Assembly: GCF_032191835.1 (NCBI RefSeq)
Contig: NC_083223.1
Location: forward strand, 191,828,001-191,892,000
Direction of reading: 5' to 3'
DNA length: 64,000 nt
DNA from: Heteronotia binoei
Taxonomy: Eukaryota
Shown here: piece after piece, positions 25,583 through 37,342 of the stretch
How the letters are laid out: each line of letters starts with the position of its first letter
How positions within the stretch are numbered: position 1 is the first letter of the stretch
Position numbers and translations under genes: made by a program
Notes under the pieces: generated by a model
Told to the model about the DNA's origin: nothing
What the model saw: only the letters and a program-made list of their open reading frames with translations
Database searches by the model: none

Positions 25583-25679
25583 ATGATCTTCTTTTGGAAA
25601 CAGTCAAATTTGGAGATCATAACAGTGCAGGCACCACATCCACCTTCTCCACAGCCCAGTTTGGTTCCACATAAGCCCA
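25583..25679 (-). CDS. XDH: XDH exon 3 ([32 protein letters not shown]), 2Fe-2S ligand loop
   Basis: ctgttag|TGGGC...AAGATCAT|gtatccttt; 97 nt; CGEGGCGAC motif. Confidence 0.98.
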
Positions 25680-27223
25680 CTAACAGAACGCAGGTTAAGA
25701 AAAATAGCTTTCTATAGCCAGTAATCCTTACAATAGGATCAAATTTAGCTTCCATTTACAAGGGGGAACACTGAGCTGTCTCTCATATACTTTCTTGAGC
25801 CCGTAACAAAAGTATTAATGTGGCCTAGCTTTTCCTAGGACCCACACAAGCCATTTCTGCTCCCATGTGAGAAACCTAGAGGCTAAAGTTAGTGACAATT
25901 TGATGTTTTAAAAGTATATAAGCTTTATTATTTGTTGGAAAGTATACAATTCAGAATTGCTGTATCTAGTGAAGGGGATCAGCTAGCAAAAAGGAGATGC
26001 TAAATTGATTTAGAAGCATAAACTATTTATTTGATGTTACCAGTGATGCATGATTAAGAGGGGATAATACAATTAGGCAAAGGCATTAATTATGCAACAT
26101 AGAAGTCAATGAATGTTTATTTCTGAAAAAAAAATATATTTTTGAATTGTGAGACACATGCAGTTCTTCTCTGAAATATTCTGAAATCCGATTAACACCA
26201 TACAATCATGAGTTGTATCTGAAGCTAGACAGGGCAGCTTTTTACAAAGGGAAAAATACTAACTTTGATGGAGGGATTCCTGCATTTATGAAACTCATTC
26301 TAAAGTGTCCTATCAGGTTTAAATTAAACAGTAGCAACTGTACTTGCCCTGATAGATACTGATCTGCCGCTGAAATCACAGAAATTTGATTTCATATTTT
26401 TTCAAGGAAAAAAGCTGTTCCCATGGTCTTCTTAAGCCTTTGAGGTTTGAAAGTACATGGGGGCTGTTGGGGCGGCGCTTCCCCTCGCTGGCCAGCTGGT
26501 TGGGGGCAGGAAGGCACCTGCAAAAGCAGGGGAACCCCCACTGGGACATGGAGATTGGCAAGCCTAAAATGGACCCACCCAAAACTCAACGACTCTTAAT
26601 TATGGGTATAAGTACGAGCCCATTGACTCTTGATTGGCCACCTCCCAGAGTCCAGGTGGCTATTGTTCTGGAGCCTCAAGCGCAGCAAAAACTCTGGTAG
26701 CACACCCAAGAACATTCCAGTACCAATACATAACAGTTTCTTTTATTTGTTTTCCTTTCTTCTTAAATAATGTATAAAAAGCTTTGACAGTGCCAAAAGA
26801 TTGGTGGAAAGTTCAGTCACAAAGATAAACTTCTTAGGCTGTTCCCTTCCCCCTCCACAAGCCATTTTAAAGATTTCACACATGACTAGACCAATATAGT
26901 GTAGTGGTTAAGAATGTTGAGCTATTATCTAGGAGGCCTGGGTTCAAATCCCCTCTTGTACCTTGAAAGCTCAGGGGGACAGCTTGGGTCAGTCACACTC
27001 TCTTAGCCTAACCTACTTCACAGGGTTGTTGTGAAGATAAAATGGAGGATATGAAAATGTAAGCTGCTTTGAGTCCTCATTGAGGATAGAGGGGTTTAGA
27101 TGAATAAAATAACTAAATAATTGCTGTATGGATCCAGAAATTTCACATGGCTTTTCCCCACTTAGTGGTGACATAACTAAACTGGCTGGATCTGCATGGT
27201 TAACCATTACACATGAAAAGCTT

Positions 27224-27778
27224 AATAATGATATTGGATTTATATCCCGCCCTCCACTCCAAAGAGTCTCAGAGTGGCTCACAATCTCCTTTACCTTCCC
27301 CCCCACACAACAGACACCCGGTGAGGTGGGTGGGGCTGGAGAGGGCTCTCACAGCAGCTGCCCTTTCAAGGACAACCTCTGCCAGAGCTATGGCTGACCC
27401 AAGGCCATGCTAGCAGGTGCAAGTGGAAGAGTGGGGAATCAAACCTGGTTCTCCCAGGTTGTTTTCGCACTCACCTCCAGCCGGCGCGACCCCCCTCTTC
27501 ACCGCGCAGGATCTGCGCAGATTTCGCACTAAATGCTGCGGAGCAGCCTTTCGCGCCGGAAACTCCTGTCGCAAAAGCCAAACTGCTTTTTGGCGATTTA
27601 CGTTTGAGCGGCTTTTGCGACGGGAGTTTCCGGCACAAAAGGCTGCTCCGCGGCATTTCGTGCGAAATCCGCACAGATCCTGCGCGGTGAAGAGGGGGGT
27701 CACGCCGGCTGGAGGTGAGTGCGAAAACGACCCCAGATAAGAGTCCGCACACTTAACCACTACACCAAACTGGCTCTC
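27224..27778 (-). mobile_element. tRNA-head, MIR/CORE-like SINE with L2-like tail, interrupted by a MITE
   Basis: Head gagagccagtttggtgtagtggttaag; tail gggcgggatataaatccaatatc; same family as 39626-39931 and 55373-55646. Confidence 0.8.
27457..27732. mobile_element. Foldback MITE, PIF/Harbinger-like (276 bp)
   Basis: Near-palindromic over its whole length (ggttgttttcgcactcacctcc.../...ggaggtgagtgcgaaaacgacc); 3-bp TSD CCA; CpG-rich. Confidence 0.85.
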
Positions 27779-28450
27779 CTAATGGCAGTGTGTATGCAGG
27801 AGTGAGGGCTGGAAGTATTAACTAGCCACCACAGCTGAGTGACAGACATTGGATTTTTTTCTTTTTACTTAGGAGGAACCTGGTAGCAGAGCTTACAGTG
27901 CCATGAGAGTGAAGGGCAGCCACACTTTCGATTAAAACAAATGCACCATGCAGCTCATTTCAACCCCAACCTGCTATCAAGCATCCCCTTTGATAATTAC
28001 AAGATTGCTCTTTTCCAAACCTCTTGAACATGGAGGGCATGTTTCAACTCCAGCCAATCTAAGGGATCTATATGTTAATATCCAACTCCAGCCAATCTAA
28101 GGGATCTATATGTTACTATATGTTCTTAGTTCATTCTAAATCCAATTTGGGACCCAGGTTATGTTGCCAAATATCAGCAACCTAATCTAATCCCGCCATG
28201 ATTTCCAGTGCACTGACTAGAGAATCCAATATATCGTCTTTTAAAAAAAACTTGTTAGGATGTATCTGCATGTATCCAGTTCACAGTCATAAAAAGTGGC
28301 ATGAGGGTTTGTGGCTGCTGGATCAAAGACAATCAGAATTTTAGTCCTTTAGTCAAATTTTGGGACTTGATATCTCCTAAAACCTTAATCCAGCAGGTGT
28401 ATATCATTAGACAACCATGAAATATCGTAACCATTAGGATTGTCAGATAC

Positions 28451-28508
28451 ATTTCCTTCGAAGATAAGTTAGCAAAGTAGTTTCTGGATCCACGTCTTTC
28501 TCCACTAC
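28451..28508 (-). CDS. XDH: XDH exon 2 (VVEKDVDPETTLLTYLRRK)
   Basis: ttgtctttcag|GTAGTGGAG...GGAAAT|gtatctgac; 58 nt. Confidence 0.96.
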
Positions 28509-28962
28509 CTGAAAGACAAACAAAAAAATGAACTTAATATTCATATGTATGTGTTTATGTGCATATCACAATTAATGTCAGAAACAAAAATGTTGCTATT
28601 GAGTAGCAGTCATTTTAATTTTAAAAGTATTTATATCCAAAGGTAGTTTTTGATAAAATCCCCAAAGTATCAGTGTCAATGAAAACAATTTATTAAGGGC
28701 AGCAAAAGAGACTTGAAAGACAAACAAACAACAGTAACAGCAAATGGAGATTATCTAGGTATCAAAGGCAGTCTTAAATAAATAGCACCTTTACCATTAC
28801 CTGACATTTAAACTGACAACAGACAGACAGCTCAGGGAAGCATCAAGCTGCCCCAGAAGAGAGCCAGCTTGAAATAGAGTGCCCAGGAGCTTCCAGAAGG
28901 TACTCGGAAGAGGGATGGACAGCGGGCACCCCAGGGAGCACCTGGATGCTCACGCGCCCCAT

Positions 28963-29866
28963 TGTGAGAAAAACACCCCTAATTTCAAAAACCCGTCACC
29001 CGTTTGGTTGCCAGGGTACCTGGAGATTCCACTCACACACATCTGCCAGGAGAAGATGTTTTGTCTACCAGAATGTAAGGGACTTATGTGAGTACTAACA
29101 GCCACAACGTTGCAGCAGCACTCGGTATCTCTGGAAGAGTGCTAACCAGGAGGACAGATGGGTTTCCAGCCGCTCCATGCATGCACCATCTCAACCGTTA
29201 CAGCGGAAGAAGTTGTGCCGCCAGGAACTGTCCAGGCAAGCGGATTCCAGCCTTGACCATAGAATCCATATTGGTAGGTTAACATCACCAGCAACTATCT
29301 TCCTGCAGTGCCAAACTCCATTACAGCGAAGCAGAAGGCTCACGTACTCAACAGCTGTCACCTATGCATAAGGCAATCAAGCTTATCTTAGGCGTGGATC
29401 CTGTCAGACTGCCTAAGCTTTTGTCCAACAGAACTCAAGACAAAGGATGGTGCCAGTATGAAAACGAAGAAGAGGAAGAACATCTTCACCTAGAGTCAAG
29501 TTTCTTTGTATAGATCGGGTGTCACCTTAGGTAGCGATTTGGCCATCTATTGTCACTTTTAGATAAGTTTTGATAGCTTTTTAATCACTTCCACCCCAAC
29601 AATTTCAACCATTCTTTCCCTTAATGGTCATCCTGGAGCCTCCCCATTTGGCACATTGTTACCTGGAAGTCTAATCAGGTAACCAGGGCCAGGTCTGCTC
29701 ATTGGCCAAGTATGGGCATCCAATCAGGTGCCCCCAATAAACTGGCTATTGGCTACCGCACGTCCAGCCCTTATGGTCATTGTGGAGCCTCCCCTTTTTC
29801 TGAGGTCATGTACCAGCTGACCACCTGTCATCTGCCCCTGTACCTCCTAAGGGCTCAAGGTAGTCT
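28963..29866 (+). mobile_element. 3'-truncated ERV LTR (same family as 62271-63595)
   Basis: Starts TGTGAGAAAAA; collinear reverse-complement similarity to about 62700-63595; several CCAAT boxes. Confidence 0.75.
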
Positions 29867-30367
29867 CCCTTCCCATCAATGCCCTGTGTTCTCTCTTCCT
29901 TTTCACAGAGCCATGGCTGGTGGGAGAAATTCTTTCAGGAAAATCGCAATGGCATTGAGTGGATGAGGCACTTCAGTATTAGCAGGGCAATGTTTGATAA
30001 CATTATGTAATGGGAATAACCCAGGGATAATAGACATTAGTATCATATGTAATTATTCTTCGGCACTTCATGCTGAAAACGCTGTAGATTATGCTTTCTG
30101 CATGCTCATGGAAGAAACTGTGTTTTTGAGCCCTGATTGCTTTTATATTTTGGAGAAAGAGTAGCCAAAGTGTCAGCAGGATACTTCTCCCTTTCCATCA
30201 ATGCCCAGTGTTCTCTCTTCCTTTTCACAGAGCCATGGCTGGTGGGAGAAATTCTTTCAGGAAAATCGCAATGGCATTGAGTGGATGAGGCATTTCAGTG
30301 TTAACAGGGCAATGTTTGCTAACATTATATAATGGGAATAACCCAAGGATAATAGACATTAGTATCA
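29864..30367. repeat. 182-bp direct duplication (29864-30045 and 30186-30367)
   Basis: By hand alignment, 8 substitutions over 182 bp; 140-bp spacer. Confidence 0.9.
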
Positions 30368-30396
30368 AATCAAAATGCAAAACCATCAATCCATAC

Positions 30397-30945
30397 ATAG
30401 AATCATAGAGTCAGAAGGGACTTCCAGGGTCATATAGTCCAACCCCCTGCATAATGCAGGAAACTCACAAACACCTCCCCCTAAATTCACAGGATCTTCA
30501 TTGCTGTCAGATGGCCATCTAGCCTCTGTTTAAAAACCTCCAAGGAAGGAGAGCCCACCACCTTCCGAGGAAGCCTGTTCCACTGAGGAATCACTCTAAC
30601 GGTCAGGAAGTTCTTCCTAATGTTGAGCCAGAAATTCTTTTGATTTAATTTCAACCCATTGGTTCTGGTCCTACCTTCTGGGGCCACAGAAAACAATTCC
30701 ACACCATCCTCTAGATGACAGCCCTTCAAGTACTTGAAGATGCTGATCATATCAGCTCTTTGGGTGCGACCTGTCAACCAGTTACAGATCCACCTAATGG
30801 TAACAGGATCCAAACCACATTTTACCAACTTGTCAACAAGGATATTATGTGGAACCTTATCAAAAGCCTTACTGATATCAAGATAAACGATGTTTACCGC
30901 ATTCCCCTGATCCAGCAAGGTAGTCACTTCCTAAAAAAAAAAAAG
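30397..30945 (-). mobile_element. CR1 LINE fragment with internal deletion
   Basis: VYLDISKAFDKVPH...WICNWLTGRTQR joined directly to 3'-end FKYLKGCH...; (attctatg)-type tail. Confidence 0.85.
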
Positions 30946-31412
30946 ATCATTTTTTGTTTTGAGGGAAATATTTGTGATTGAAGTCTGTTTGGCTTAAAAA
31001 TACTTCTTGAAAAACTGTATTTTCCCAGTTGCTCTTCCATCCTCCAAACCGCTGTTGACTCTAAACAAATGTAAATGTTCAGCAATTTCTTAATGAAGAA
31101 ACCTGTTATCATGTCAATTGGCCACCTAACATAGACCAAAGAGAAAGAGGCTGAAACAGGGGAGGACACTGGGCAGCACATAAATATTCACAGAAACAAT
31201 TCTACTTTAAATAGTACAGTAGAAATTTCAAAATGGAACAGAACAAAGGTTCATGGCAAAAGCAGTCTTAGGACGTGCAGGGCAACAGCATGCTGGAAGC
31301 TGTCTGAGTGCCGACCCCCTAAAATAAATGCAGAACCAAGAAGAAGCCCTGTCAGAAAACAGCAATGAAAGCGGGAAGGAATGCAGAATGGAAGACTGAG
31401 ATGCACTCAGAA

Positions 31413-31630
31413 ATGAACATATATGAACATATGAAGCTGCCTTATACTGAATCAGACCCTCAGTCCATCAAAGTCAGTATTGTCTACTCAGACTGGCAGC
31501 GGCTCTCCAGGGTCTCAAGCTGAGGTTTTTCACGCCTACTTGCCTGGACTCTTTAGTTGGAGATGCCGGGGATTGAACCTGGGAACTTCTGTTTCCCAAG
31601 CAGATGCTCTACCACTGAGCTACCATCCCC
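31413..31630 (-). mobile_element. tRNA-derived SINE with CR1-like tail
   Basis: Head GGGGATGGTAGCTCAGTGGTAGAGCATCTGC...GGTTCAATCCCC with A and B boxes; tail ...cagcttcatatgttcat. Confidence 0.75.
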
Positions 31631-31640
31631 CACTATAGAG

Positions 31641-31741
31641 CAGGGGTGGCCAACGGTAGCTCTCCAGATTGACTATGCTGGCTGGAGCTGATGGGAGTTG
31701 TAGGCAAAAAACATCTGGAGAGCTATCGTTGGCCACCCCTG
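31641..31741. mobile_element. Short hAT MITE (101 bp)
   Basis: TIRs caggggtggccaacg/cgttggccacccctg; perfect 8-bp TSD CTATAGAG. Confidence 0.85.
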
Positions 31742-34041
31742 CTATAGAGGGAAAAGACTGGTGTAGAAAGGGCCTACATTACTAGTATGTTTTCTGGCAG
31801 CCTGAATAATTCTTTCAGCATAGCCTCTGTCTCCGAACTGATAGCTCATAACAGAGCTGTTTCTTATGTAATCCCCCAAAGATGCTGAGTTCCTTTTAAT
31901 TCCAAGGAGTTGGCTAAATGGTAAGTTGTTATGTAAGTGAGCAGGATGATAGGAATGATAGTGTTATCTCCACTACCATTTCTGGGTGTACATTATAGCT
32001 GATTTTGAAGTGAGAGAGAGAGTGTGTGTGTACTGGGAAACAGTTCCAACTGGAAATAGTTTATGCAAAACAAGGCTGTTTGCAGAGGCCAGGTTGCCCA
32101 TTGTGTTGCTGGAGCTGAAACCAGGAGGTTTGTGGTAGAAAACTCCAGAAAGAATTGCTGCAGTTGAAAGACATCTTCTCTTTGGCAGTTATCCACAGTG
32201 GGTTCTCCAGTCTTCTTTGAATTGTTGATGAACTCTACACTTAGGCTGATTACAGACCAGCACTTTTGGTCAACTCGGAGATGCCTCTGAAGTCGACCCA
32301 AAATAACCAGCCACACAGCAACATCTGCTGGCTGCCCCCATCCCGCACTTATCCCGTCTTGAGAGACGCTCCAACTGGCTCAAAAAGGAACCACTTGAAA
32401 AGTGGTCCCTTTTTGCTGGGGGGGGGGCTCTGAGGCAGTGGCCGTCTGTCCGGAGAGCACCTTACAAGCGCCCGAGGAGCTGCGAGCGGGATGCAGGAGC
32501 TTTCCACACGCCCCCCAGCTTCCCAAGGCCCGCCCCTTCTTCCGGCGCCCTCTGGAAGCGCCGGGGCGCTCTTCTTGTCGGCGGCTTTCTGTTATCAGCC
32601 TTAGTGGACTTATTTGATATTTATCCATCCCCTTTGGATAATTTAATGAACTTACCTTTTGAAATTTTCTACAAAATTTATGAAATTTTCTATAAAATTT
32701 ATGAAATTTTCTATAAAAATTATGATGTTATAACCCTGGGAGGGGGTTCCACAGTTCACTATAATCTTCCTGCAAAGAAGGTGCCTCCTGCCCAAAGTGC
32801 TTCACCAACCCAGGAGACATTTAAACAGAAATCTCATAAATAGGTTGGCATGGGACAGGACCTGGAGATCACCTGGAATTATAGGTGATATCCTCACTAC
32901 AGAGATCACTGCTTTGGAAGGTGAGCTATATGGCATTATATTCAATTGAAGTCCCTCCCCTCCCCAGGATCTTTCCAAATCTTCAGCTCCAAACTGACAA
33001 CCCTAAAAGAGGTGGTCCTTTTGATATTCTTTTCCCAGGCAATTTTAGGGACTTGACATTTGGCGGTAAATTTCCAAAAATCAACTTGGAGTAAGGACCA
33101 CTTTACTATTGTCATTTCTCATCAAGACCCTTGTCATTGCTGTGTTGCATGCTGGATCATATAAGTGGCATTGGCAGGGAGATTTATGGTGTGGAGCCCA
33201 CTAGGACCAAACAAAACTGATCATCTCTTCTCCAGCCTGTCCTTGGAGTCCAGGATTGCATTCTGCCTGCCAACAGCAAGTTTGCTTGTTACACCCTGCC
33301 TGCCTCCTTGTTTCCAGAAGGCAGCTGAGCAGTTTGCAGGAACACAAGCCCCTTTTAATGATGCTGCATCTATTGCAACCCACAGAATCAGATTGGTACT
33401 TTCTGTCAACATCAAACTGGCACTTTTCTTCCCACATGCTACTGCAAGAAAGTTAGGGCATGAGTAAACATGTTTATTGCAGCCAGGTTGACTTTGTGGC
33501 AAGTAGAATTACAAGGAACTCCTACAGTCTTGGCTTCACACCTGGCCTTGCCAGCCCTATGCCCCAGCTGCTGCCAATACCTTTTCCAGCATTTTCCTGT
33601 CACTCTTTCCTTATGATCCCATTCATTGGATTCTGTCTTCCCTTTGTATTTTAAACATTAAAAATATTTGATAGCAGAAGTTATATGAAGTAAGAACACA
33701 CGTGTGAATTTACTATGTATTCTGTTTACTGTATTTGAAATGTCCTGGGTTTTGTTTTGTTTTTTTTAAAAAAAGCTGGCCTTGCATGTCAATAAATTTT
33801 GGTGACTGGTCATAGCTCCATGGCCTGACCAGCTCAGCTGGATATAAAGAAAAACTCAGACATAAAAGTCACCAGCACCAACATATGAATATCCCATTTC
33901 ATTCTGACCTGACTTAAACAATTCTCCCTGGAAGAACAGCAAGAATGATCAGAGGAAAAGGTGAGCCTTTTCCATCATTTTTTCTGCATGTCTGCTTTGT
34001 CAATTTGACATTAGGTTGGATCCAGCCATCTTTTTCACTCA

Positions 34042-35575
34042 GGCCGTTTTCGCACTAGCGTTTGCTCCGTCGTAGCGCCCCATTTACCTCCGGATCTTCT
34101 CTTGGATTTCGCACATGTTGCTCCGGCGCTGCGGTTTGCTCCGGCGCTACAGGGATTTTACGCCGGAGTATGTTTTTCAGCATGTTGCCGGAGTTTCCAA
34201 AAACCTCCGGATCCACTCAGCGGAGTTTGCTGTGGGAAATCCATCCACGCCGGATCGACTGCTTTGTGGGCGGCACCCTCTCCCTTTCCGTCCTCCCACC
34301 CCATCCACCCCCTTGGCCAATCATCAGCCTTTCGCGGCGCTTCCCCGAAGTGCCGGCGCGGCCATTTTTTTTTTTTAAACTTCACAGTTTTGCGTAATAG
34401 CGATATTTCGAAATTAACAAAGGGAAAAAAAAACCCCTCCTGGAATAGTTGCGTTATTTCGCTGTTGCGTTATCCCCGGCCTCTTCTCCCTTTAGGGGCC
34501 CCGGTGGGGGGACCGCGGCAGCCCCCCCAGCAGGCCTTTTCCAGCCAGTTCGTTTCGGGTCTAGTTTGGGGAGGGTGAGCGGGAAGGAGGCGGTTTCAGC
34601 GGGCCGGAGGAGGGGCCCCGGCAGCTTCAACTCTCCCCAGCTCAACCCCCCCCCACTTCACTTCCATTTGCGCCCCGCTTGACCCCGCCGGCTTCCCGCT
34701 GCCGCCGCCGCCTTGGCAAAGGGAGCCCAGCCGCCCAGAGACATTTGGCGGCGGCGGCGCTTCTCCATTGTTGGGGGGGGGGAATCTAGTGCCGGTGCGG
34801 GCCAAAGCGTTCATGTGTGTGTGTTAAAAACGGAATGCCTCCCTCAGCTGTGCCACCAGGATTTCTGGACCTGCACAAAATCGCCATGTATAAAATGGGA
34901 AGTTGGAGTCCTGCATTCTTCTCCCTGGCTACATTCCGCTCGGTTAGAAAATAGACGGAGCTCGCTCTTCACACCCGCCACACAAGGGGAAGGAGAGAAT
35001 GGGGCGGGGGGGGAGCTCTGGCAGCAGGAATCAGTCAGGTCCCCCGTTGCAAGCACCAGCCGGAGAGGGGAAAGAGAGCGGAGGAAATCCCAGCTTCGCC
35101 ACCCGGGAGGGAGCGAAGGGAAGAAGCTGCCACACACACACACACACAAACCCCTCGATTTCTCTCTCTTCGTTATTGCGATATTTCGCAACTTCAGAAT
35201 TGGGGGGGGGGGGGGATATAGTGCTAGGAATGCTTCTGTTAATACATAAAGGACTGTGGAGGATTCTACAGCTGCAGCCAATCCATGAGCAGCAGCAGCA
35301 CACGTGATGCGGTTTGTCCACGAAATGAAGGGGAGGGAGCAGCTCGATGTTACGTTAGTACGTTAGTACGTCATTACGCAACCAGACTTGCGCTTAAAAA
35401 AAAAAATGATTGACAGGGCATCGAACTCAAGTCGATGCCAGTGGGAAAACGATTTGAGCCGGGGCTTCAGGGAAGGCGACTCCGCAAAGAGTCACTAGTG
35501 GGAAAATGAGAAAAATGATCCGGAGATAATTGCGCCGGGGAATAAGGGGAGCAAACGCTAAGTGGGAAAACGGCC
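34042..35575. mobile_element. PIF/Harbinger-like non-autonomous DNA transposon (1.53 kb)
   Basis: About 28-bp imperfect TIRs GGCCGTTTTC[G/C]CACT(T)AGCGTTTGCTCC; 3-bp TSD TCA; CpG-rich; no transposase motif seen. Confidence 0.82.
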
Positions 35576-36740
35576 TCAGTCTTGCCTAGTTTTCCACTTT
35601 ACTACACCCTTCCTCCTACCCATGTGGCTTTTGTACCTGCAGGTCCCACGATCCACAGCATAACCCTTTTTGGTGGTCAAAAAAGACCTCCCTTTCTTTT
35701 TTTACCAGCAGAAACGATAGTTGGGTTTAGCCTCATTAAATTTTGCTATGTTATCATGTACCTTGGAAGACAAGAGTTATTTCGAAACAGAAAACTCAGC
35801 CCGTAGATTTCCAGTCAACTCATCCTAGTTTAATAATGTTGCTTACTTTTATCAGTTCCTGTTAGTTATTGGTCAATAATCAACATTCTGGCATGCTTCT
35901 CTTTCTGGCTCTATGGCAGGCAGTTATTTTGCTGTTGATTATTCAAGCAGATGTCTGGTGATCATGTGCTCTTGGTTTTGATTAATGTATAAAACTAAAA
36001 GTTGCAGTTTATTCACCCTATTCTCATGATGTTTAGTGGAATAAAATGAAACTAAGGGCAATTTTGATGTTCTCCAAGGTAGAGTTACTGAGGGTCATAC
36101 TCCCACTGCATTTTGTGTTCTGATTCTCTACTTTTGTTTATATGCTCTAGCAGGAGTGGAATTCTAGCAGAAGAACCTTTGCATATTAGGCCACACACCC
36201 CTGATGTAGCCAATCCTTCATTATTGAATTCAAGACTTTACCTAGTGTACTGCAGCCTGAAGAAGGCGAATGAAATGGATAGTTACCTAGGCAATCCATT
36301 GCTGCTGCTGTTGCTGTAACATCAACCCACTATTGTAATTTTGCCAAAGTTGTTAAAGTCTGGCATCTAGTATGTAATGTTTTTTGTCAATAATATTGAT
36401 AATAAATTGTTTGTTTCAAAATATAGAATAGCAATCCAAGACTTGATCAACAGCTGTTACCTTTATACAGCATTTTTTCCCCTTTTGTTACAACCTTCAG
36501 GTAATGGCTGGAGATCTCCTGGGATTAGAACTAATCTCCAAGCAACTGAGATCAGCTCACCTGGAGAAAATGGCTGCTTTGGAAGGTGGACTCTATAGAG
36601 TTATACCACAATGAAGTCCCTTCCCTCCCCAAACCTCACCATCTTCAGGCTGTACTACTAAAATTTCCAGGTATTTCCCAACCTGGAGCTGGTAATCCTG
36701 GATTAATTCATGTGTTTCAAAGTATTTGCATCCTCTATGT

Positions 36741-37252
36741 AGAATCATAGAATTATAGTTGGAAGAAACCTCCAGGGTCATCTAGTCCAACCTCCTGCAC
36801 AATGCAGGAAATTCACAAATACCTCCCCCTCCCACACACACATACATACCCAATTACACCTGCTCCATACTCAGAAGATGGCAAAACAGCAACAACCCTC
36901 CAGGATCCCTGGGAAATGGGTCTTGAAAAAATTGCTTCCTGACCCCAAAGTGGCAAACACCATTTCCTTGGGTGTGTAAGAAAGGGCCACAAGAACTAAG
37001 CACTGATGCAACCCTTCCTGCCCTCCCTCTCATAGTCTGTCTTCACAGAAACAGCATAGCTGTCAGATGGCCAACTAGCCTTCATTTAAAAACCTCCAAA
37101 GAAGGAGAGTCTACCACCTCCCAAGGAAGCCTGTTCCACTGAAGAACTTATTTGACAGACAGGAAGTTCTTCCTAATGTTTAACCAAAAATTCTTTTGAT
37201 TTAATTTCAACTCTGCACCATCCTTTCTATGACAGCCCTTCAAGTACTTGAA

Positions 37253-37342
<90 letters not shown>

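Larger units (their letters stand above)
25680..28450 (-). other. XDH intron 2, probable degenerate U12-type intron
   Basis: Donor GTATCTGAC (poor U2 match, partial U12 match); U12-like branch TTTCTTAAC at 25702-25694, about 15 nt before the AG. Confidence 0.55.

Noticed and set aside
28045-28115. 33-bp tandem duplication (also short tandem repeats near 5890-5990 and 32665-32725) as an array or CRISPR-like structure
   Set aside because: Only 2-3 adjacent copies without unique spacers; ordinary slippage duplications in a eukaryotic intron.
34062-35321. Cluster of overlapping 75-178 aa ORFs
   Set aside because: All lie within a GC-rich TIR-bounded transposon; stop-poor composition explains them.
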